A DNA stretch of 64,000 bases from the NCBI GenBank assembly GCA_043228905.1, contig JBHGNT010000004.1, forward strand, positions 5,580,001 to 5,644,000, written 5' to 3'. The DNA comes from Azolla caroliniana. Lineage: Eukaryota > Plantae > Polypodiophyta. The position numbers and the translations under genes are program-made. The notes beneath the pieces were generated by a model. That model did no database searches. It saw only the letters and a list, made by a program, of their open reading frames with translations, and was not told the DNA's origin. This document shows, one piece after another, positions 64,000 to 64,000 of this stretch. Each line of letters starts with the position of its first letter. The stretch's first letter is position 1.

Positions 64000-64000
<1 letters not shown>

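Overview
Land-plant nuclear DNA, most likely a non-seed plant such as a fern or bryophyte (inference from the retroelement lineages present). Positions 1-44.4 kb are an unbroken nest of LTR retrotransposons whose insertion order can be rebuilt from target-site duplications (TSDs). A degenerate non-chromovirus Ty3/gypsy (~3600-35469) holds a Tork-like copia (5710-10397) and a gag-only, tRNA-Trp-primed element (12145-30920). That element in turn holds two young copias (12787-18091, 18659-24123) and a second gag-only element (26409-30027). A Tcn1-like chromovirus (39384-44419) closes the nest. The AT-rich remainder carries an intact 4-exon alpha-tubulin gene (48449-50605), an intact 5-exon plastid PSRP1/HPF gene (53083-55080), a faint LINE remnant and small tandem duplications. 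The most unusual signals are: (i) a gag-only LTR family with a tRNA-Trp PBS, 4-bp CpG-centred target sites and highly variable LTR bodies, including one insertion bounded by two dissimilar LTRs; (ii) tRNA-like A-box/B-box cassettes antisense in the U3 of two unrelated LTR families; (iii) a Tf1-type self-priming structure; (iv) an apparent capsid swap between two copia relatives. All comparisons were made by eye, with no database searches.
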